Assembly: GCF_006345805.1 (NCBI RefSeq)
Contig: NC_042998.1
Span: 116,436,001 to 116,500,000, forward strand
Length of the DNA stretch: 64,000 bases
DNA from: Octopus sinensis
Taxonomy: Eukaryota
Direction of reading: 5' to 3'
Below, one piece after another: positions 58,117 to 64,000 of this stretch (the first letter of the stretch is position 1; the number at the start of each line of letters is the position of its first letter). The translations under genes were made by a program, and so were the position numbers. Under the pieces are notes generated by a model that was given only the letters and a program-made list of their open reading frames with translations, had not been told where the DNA came from and ran no database searches.

Positions 58117-58147
<31 letters not shown>

Positions 58148-58149
58148 TA

Positions 58150-58950
58150 TTCTACAAAATTCTATTTAGCCTAAATTGATCTTTTTTCTCCCACAAATTT
58201 ATTCCTGTACCAAGCTCAATGCAACACTCGTTACGCACATCAGATTGTATCCAACTAGCATAGTCACACGCAGCATACAGCTTCCTGATCCTCGCAGCCT
58301 TTGTTCCGCCAAATAGTCTTGTCAGCGATGTGCCGGATTTCCTTATCAATGACAGTAGAATTGCTTCACTATTGACGTATCAGAAACAGATATGCGGGAA
58401 AATTAGATTATTACATTTGACATGTCCTTCCTTTCTACAACTATTATTCCATGATTTATATGGCTTAATTGATTGTGGTGCAAATGTGCATGCAAAATCA
58501 AGGCGTACAGCACTTAGTGAATCTCACACAGCTTCAAATGCTTGGCTGCGTTTGCATAGCAACTCAGCGTCTGCGAAAGCAGTTTCAAAGACGTGAATTA
58601 TGACGTTGTGCATCACATAGCTCTCAACAAAACACGTCTCATAAACTACAGCTGAGTCTTTTACAAAAAGCATATTTACCTATTGTACAGAATCCTTTTA
58701 CTGTCCTCTTTACACTTTACACATCACCTCCAAATCTATCCATTTCGACGTTTTAATCCTAACACCCTGCAGAAACACATTTCAAGAAACCAAGTCTGAA
58801 ATTTCATTCGGTCATTTCACACCAAATCGGCAGTATTAATAGCTAAGACTGAGTCTCTTCTGTTTCCCCATCATTGATCTTCAGTTTTACCAATTTCTTT
58901 CTCATATATATGGCTTTTGTAATGTAGATTAATTTTTTCAGCAATTTTCT
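58150..58950 (-). mobile_element. Heavily decayed RTE-like LINE segment
   Basis: Fragments KLVKLKINDGETE and RIRKLYAACDY loosely resemble the RTE 'LKIN..KTE' and 'KGRLYDACV' regions. Many stops. Confidence 0.35.
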
Positions 58951-59115
58951 TCTATGACACACAAGTTAGAGCTAGTTTTAAAGAAATTTATTTCAATGAA
59001 TATTGTTGCGCTTGACATCAGCTTTCGAGTGCGAGAATTCTATCGTAACGGTGTACCTATTTATCACAATTTTTGCTCATCACTTGGATTATATGTTTAT
59101 CACTAGATTACACTA

Positions 59116-59327
59116 AGAGGGGTACTGAAAAGACCCTGGTTTTAAGGATATCGCGATAGGTCTAGTTGGAGGCTGAAACTTTCGAGTTATTTTACAAGGA
59201 ATCGAAAAACCGAAGGACCGTTCCACTGAGTGAAACTGAGAGCGGAATATGGTGAATAAAATCATAGTCAACTGATCCTCCTGTATTTTCTTTTAACCAA
59301 AGCCAGAAACTTTTCAGCACCCCTTCA
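59116..59327. mobile_element. Mariner-derived MITE
   Basis: Imperfect TIRs agaggggtactgaaaagaccctggtttt and the reverse complement of the right end tgaaggggtgctgaaaagtttctggcttt. TA on both sides (59114-59115 and 59328-59329). Confidence 0.75.
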
Positions 59328-60953
59328 TATATCGATGTGGGTTGAGGGAGTACTTTGCGTACGTCACACTATCATTTCTGCCATGTCCCAGGATTTGCCT
59401 TTACACCCGCTTCTCAATTTTCTGTAGGTAAATGAACTTCAAGCCCTCTCGAAAACAAAGAACCGGTCTTAGGTGATATACTCTTCATTGGCATTTAACC
59501 TTCCTGACCAATGTATCACGAACAGCAACATAGAGAGTAAACGTGAAACAAGCAGCGATATAATGAACAATACTTCGGAAGCTATTCTCTTTGCTAATCT
59601 TGTTTCCTTCCTCTGCCATCTACAAATGTTACTCGTATCAAGCATTTTCATCCATAGCCTGCAACATAAGTGGTACACCAATAAATCCGTCGAGATTGCT
59701 CGAATTATTGGTCAACGAGGCTCTCTCCTGTCGAAATCAGATCCTTAACTTAGTTACAACAGTATCTTAATGATTGGCTTCCCTAGTCAGGACCAACAGA
59801 TAATTCATCCTCAACAAATTTTGACACAGTTTAGATGAGATTACAAATCGAATATTTCTCCCTCGTATTACTACTAATGCGGTCAGTTACAGACATATCA
59901 TAACATATTCAGAAAAGGCCAATGCAAATGCTTAAATAACTCAGTCGCATATAGGCTTCAACTGCTGGTCCCCATACATACTGTCTCCTCACTCTCATCT
60001 CCCTCACATTATTCTCTTTCTTTTCTCCACTTGACGGAGATTATTCACTGTGCACCACAATCACACAGTTGCCTTTATATCACATGTTTATATTATTAAC
60101 CTTGCTGAGTCAAATTTGCAACTGCTACGAAACTAAGCATTATGTCTATCTCTTTCTTCCTTGAACACTGCTGCAAAATTCAATACCACTTCATATCTTA
60201 TAGTAATCATGTGTCACATTAAAGGCCTTAATTTCACCGTTGTCAAGAACCTGCAAAATGCATAAGGAATGTTTATTCCTCCATAACCAACAATTGATGA
60301 AACTAAATATGTTGTCCGATCAAGCTTCATTACACTGAAAAGCCTACTTGTATTCATTTAGTCAAATCACATCGGTTAACAATTCTTTTCTGCCATTAGC
60401 AGGAGGAATTCCAACCACGTTTCATGGTTTGCTACCTTAACAGTTCTTTTATAGGAACCACGTCATTAAGTTAAACTCCAGTCATATTTCTTGCCTGTCA
60501 GATTATATCGAACCGATGTCAAGTTTGACCAGAAAGTTTCCAGCAGTTATCATCAACTTTTCCTAAGTATGAATCTATTATTATATTATCAGATTTGTTC
60601 TTCAGTTTCTTAACGAGTTAGAGTATTACTTTGATGGAGGTGGATTTGATACTTCTAGCAGATCAGGAGCTGTATTCACAAAAACTTTTTATAGCTTCAG
60701 CTTGGTATTAATTGATGAGTTCTACGACTGGGGACTCCTCATCACTGAGTATTATTTTAAGTATACATTTTTGGTAACTTGACCAACAATGTAAATGCGG
60801 CTCGAATTGAATAATATAAATATCGGACACGTCTACAACTGTTCCTTTATATATCATCTCTTACTCCGAAGACTTGAGCTGGAATTCTGATAAAACAGAA
60901 GGGCAAATTATCGCTCCTGTAAATCAAAAACGAAAACTGTAAATTGTACTTAC

Positions 60954-61109
60954 CTCTGCGGGATGCATGGAAGCTATCATGAGTGCGGACGTGTTGAACA
61001 TCTTCAATAAGGAGGCTATTAGGTATTATTTCACTCAGAAGATTAATTTTTTCAATCGCAGAACGAAATGCCAATTCTTGCGATTCATTTTCTTCTTCAA
61101 AGAGGGCAC
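60954..61109 (-). CDS. Internal coding exon of an ionotropic glutamate receptor (kainate/GRIK-like), start of the amino-terminal domain
   Basis: Acceptor ccttttccgttgtcgtttttag|GT and donor CGCAGAG|gtaagt; 156 nt, phase 1 at both ends. Translates (G)ALFEEENESQELAFRSAIEKINLLSEIIPNSLLIEDVQHVRTHDSFHASRR, which matches the GGIFE...ELAFRFAVNTIN...LLPNTTL...DSFEASKK pattern of kainate receptor ATDs as I recall it. Subfamily is not determined. Confidence 0.9.
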
Positions 61110-61378
61110 CTAAAAACGACAACGGAAAAGGATTATGGTAGCAAAACAAACATCGTTTGAGTATATGTCAACAGGCATATCTATATAGATGAGGATCATT
61201 TCAAGTAAATAGTTTAAATACAAAAGTCACTAGTAGACTCTTTCAACAAAAACATGTCAATAGGTAGGATTTTATGCCGTGGTGTGTTTATTAGTACCTC
61301 TTATCCATTAAGTTCATCAAATATTTTTCTTCCTCCTCACTGGATACCTTACTTGAACAGAACAGTAACATGTATGTA

Positions 61379-61437
<59 letters not shown>

Positions 61438-62097
61438 ATGTGTGTATATATATATCTCTGTGTGTGTGTATGTATATATATATATATATATATATACCAC
61501 ACACAGGTAAATAATTTTAATATTGCTGTTTCCTCGCTGAAGTTTATTATATTGAGTTAACCGTTGCAGAGGAAATGATGCTGCGTAGGAAGCAATGCTC
61601 TTGAAAATAAACTGTTGAAACGAATGCATGAGGATAAACTCAGGAAATCGTAGAACATTCACGTCAAAATAGTCACATACCACCAATTTACTAAATATAT
61701 ACTTAACTAGAATTGATATCCCAGAAGTAAGATACCAATTATATAAGCATTAAGATGAACATAACTAGACACAAAAACACATTTCCATAATACACATATG
61801 TACAAGCAGACACATTAATGTATATGGTGGTTGCATTTGATTTTAAAGAAAACATTATAAGACATATTGAACTTCTGTGTGTAATGAAATTGATTCTTCT
61901 ATATAATAATTAATTATATTTTTTATTAAATATTTTGATACCATTTTACAAACCTAATGAATTAAGAGCGTATCTATGAGTACCCATTTGTGTGATTATA
62001 TATATGTGTGTGTGAGTGAGTGTGTGTGTATATGTGTATGTGTGTGTGTGCAGATATACACTCAGAAATATATACACACATAACCCATGCTGACAGT

Positions 62098-62128
<31 letters not shown>

Positions 62129-64000
62129 GGCACACACACACATTCTCTCTCTCGCTCTCTATATCTGCCAAACACTCTTTTCCTTCCTCTTCACTTTGTA
62201 TGTGCATACTTTAACATATGTATATGTGTGTCTATATACTTATATATACAAACATATCTATACACACACATATATGTATATGTATGTATGTATGTATGTA
62301 TGTATAGATAGATAGATACATAGATAGAGATAGATAGATAGAGATCTAACATTAAATATCGAAGGCTAAATCACTTAAACAGAAATTTATATCAGCCAGC
62401 GATGCGGTAAAGCGAGTCAATTGATCAATCACATGTCTGTATACACAAAATATAGAAAATGTATGTTCAGAATGGTTCCATATGAAAAACAATCTAGCTG
62501 TAATTACTATCGAAGCGATTAATTACACTTTCCAAATATTTTCTCTTTGCGAACCAAGATGCATACTCCAAAATTAAACCAAATTCACAACGAATTTATC
62601 GATATCAATATAAGTTTATTTGACCATTTTTTGTATTGAATCTAAACGGTCATTTCTTTTCTTTTCTTTTTTTTTGCTCTGCCTAGTTTAGGATGTGCTG
62701 TATTAGTTTTAATCTGAAAGCAAAATTGGCACATCGTTCAAATCAGTCATGCGACACGCGTTTGTATAAGAAACCAAACGGTAAAGTGTTAGTATAATGT
62801 TTTTAAAACTTTCTGTATTTGGTCTGTGTAAATTTGGAAGGGAGGAGTGCATCAATTAAGTAGGTATACGATTAATCGGTATTTTATAGAAATCAAACCT
62901 ACTCGCCTTTTAGTGCTATATGTAGATTCGTTTCTGTTTGTATATGTAATTATTAATCCTATGTCAGTCGTTTATTTTCTATTTGAAGATATGCACAGAG
63001 AAATATGTAAAATGAGTTCTTATTTGGGGAACATTTCTGTCAAAGGAAACAAAATTAGTAAAAACATTTGTAAGACAGTCAAACAAACATGAGCGTAAAC
63101 ATACACAGACACACATACACCTCCCCCCCCGAGCGCACACAATGTCTATCGTCCATATATACATACATTGTTATGTATATAGGTATGTATATTATGTGTA
63201 CACACACATTTATATACATATCGCTTATATTTTTGTGTGCATGCTTGTATCATAAAATAGATAAAACAATATATCCAAAATTCTGTAATAACTATACGCA
63301 ACTAGAATACTTGACGTTATATATCGCTTGCGTATTCATTGCAAAAAACAATACCGAAACATGTTTTTTCGGTACGTTGTATATATTTCTATCTTTATCG
63401 ATTTGAGCTCTAAGCGTTACTTAAGCCGATTAGAACATTCCTATAGTTTTCTCAAGAAAGGACAATAATAATATTAATAATAATAATATTTGTTGTTGTT
63501 GTTATTATTCTTAATATTATTGTTATAGTTGTTGTTGCTGTTGTTGTTACTATAATTTTTATATTTTTATTGTTGGTATTATTATTATTATTATTATTAT
63601 TAGTAGTAGTAGTAGTATTATTAATATCCTTCTTCTTACCACTACAACTATTTTATTATTCCCTGTGCAATATTATGAGTTTTGTTTTTGTTCTTCATTC
63701 CTGAAGCTGAATGTGTTATGGAATCTCCATATGTTCGCAATATTTTAGTTTATAATAGTTTGTTAATTTTACTGATCCATCTTGATATTGAGTTAACCAC
63801 AATATAAAGGAGTGGTGGACCTTACTTTGATATATTCGAATGAAAAACATATCTTCCAAATGGCTTCGTTTTTTGTTGGGTGGCCAGCAAGAAAGCGATT
63901 TGGGAGATGAGTATGGTCAAATGAAGGTTAGCAATGGTTTAGTTTATCGTAAGATATATTTTCTAGACATTCTAAATTCAGTTTGATCCTTCCATTTCAC

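Noticed and set aside
60218-60250. Minus-strand ttttgcag|VLDNGEIKAFN resembling an ABCC transporter C-terminus
   Set aside because: Only 11 residues, out of phase with the receptor exon, and no other ABC motifs.

Overview
AT-rich, microsatellite-dense animal genomic DNA. The repeat families look like a coleoid cephalopod, probably Octopus (inference, not searched). One convincing host exon is present: a 156-nt internal exon on the minus strand (60954-61109) encoding the start of the amino-terminal domain of an ionotropic glutamate receptor (kainate/GRIK-like), with clean AG/GT sites and phase 1 at both ends. No further recognisable exon of that gene was found, so most of the window is probably a single intron of more than 60 kb. 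That intron holds Penelope-like elements (RT plus GIY-YIG; one copy has a single nonsense codon), minimal type I hammerhead ribozyme motifs tied to them, mariner relics and a mariner MITE, a Merlin-like MITE with a 9-bp TSD, a Helitron-like element, CR1, RTE and R4/Dong LINE fragments, tRNA-derived SINEs, and a near-identical 1.37-kb tandem duplication bounded by (TA)n. The most interesting pattern: the well-formed hammerheads all lie antisense to the receptor pre-mRNA, while sense-strand copies have damaged cores or stems. Most ORFs in the supplied track are microsatellite translations. No CRISPR, rRNA or bona fide tRNA genes were seen.
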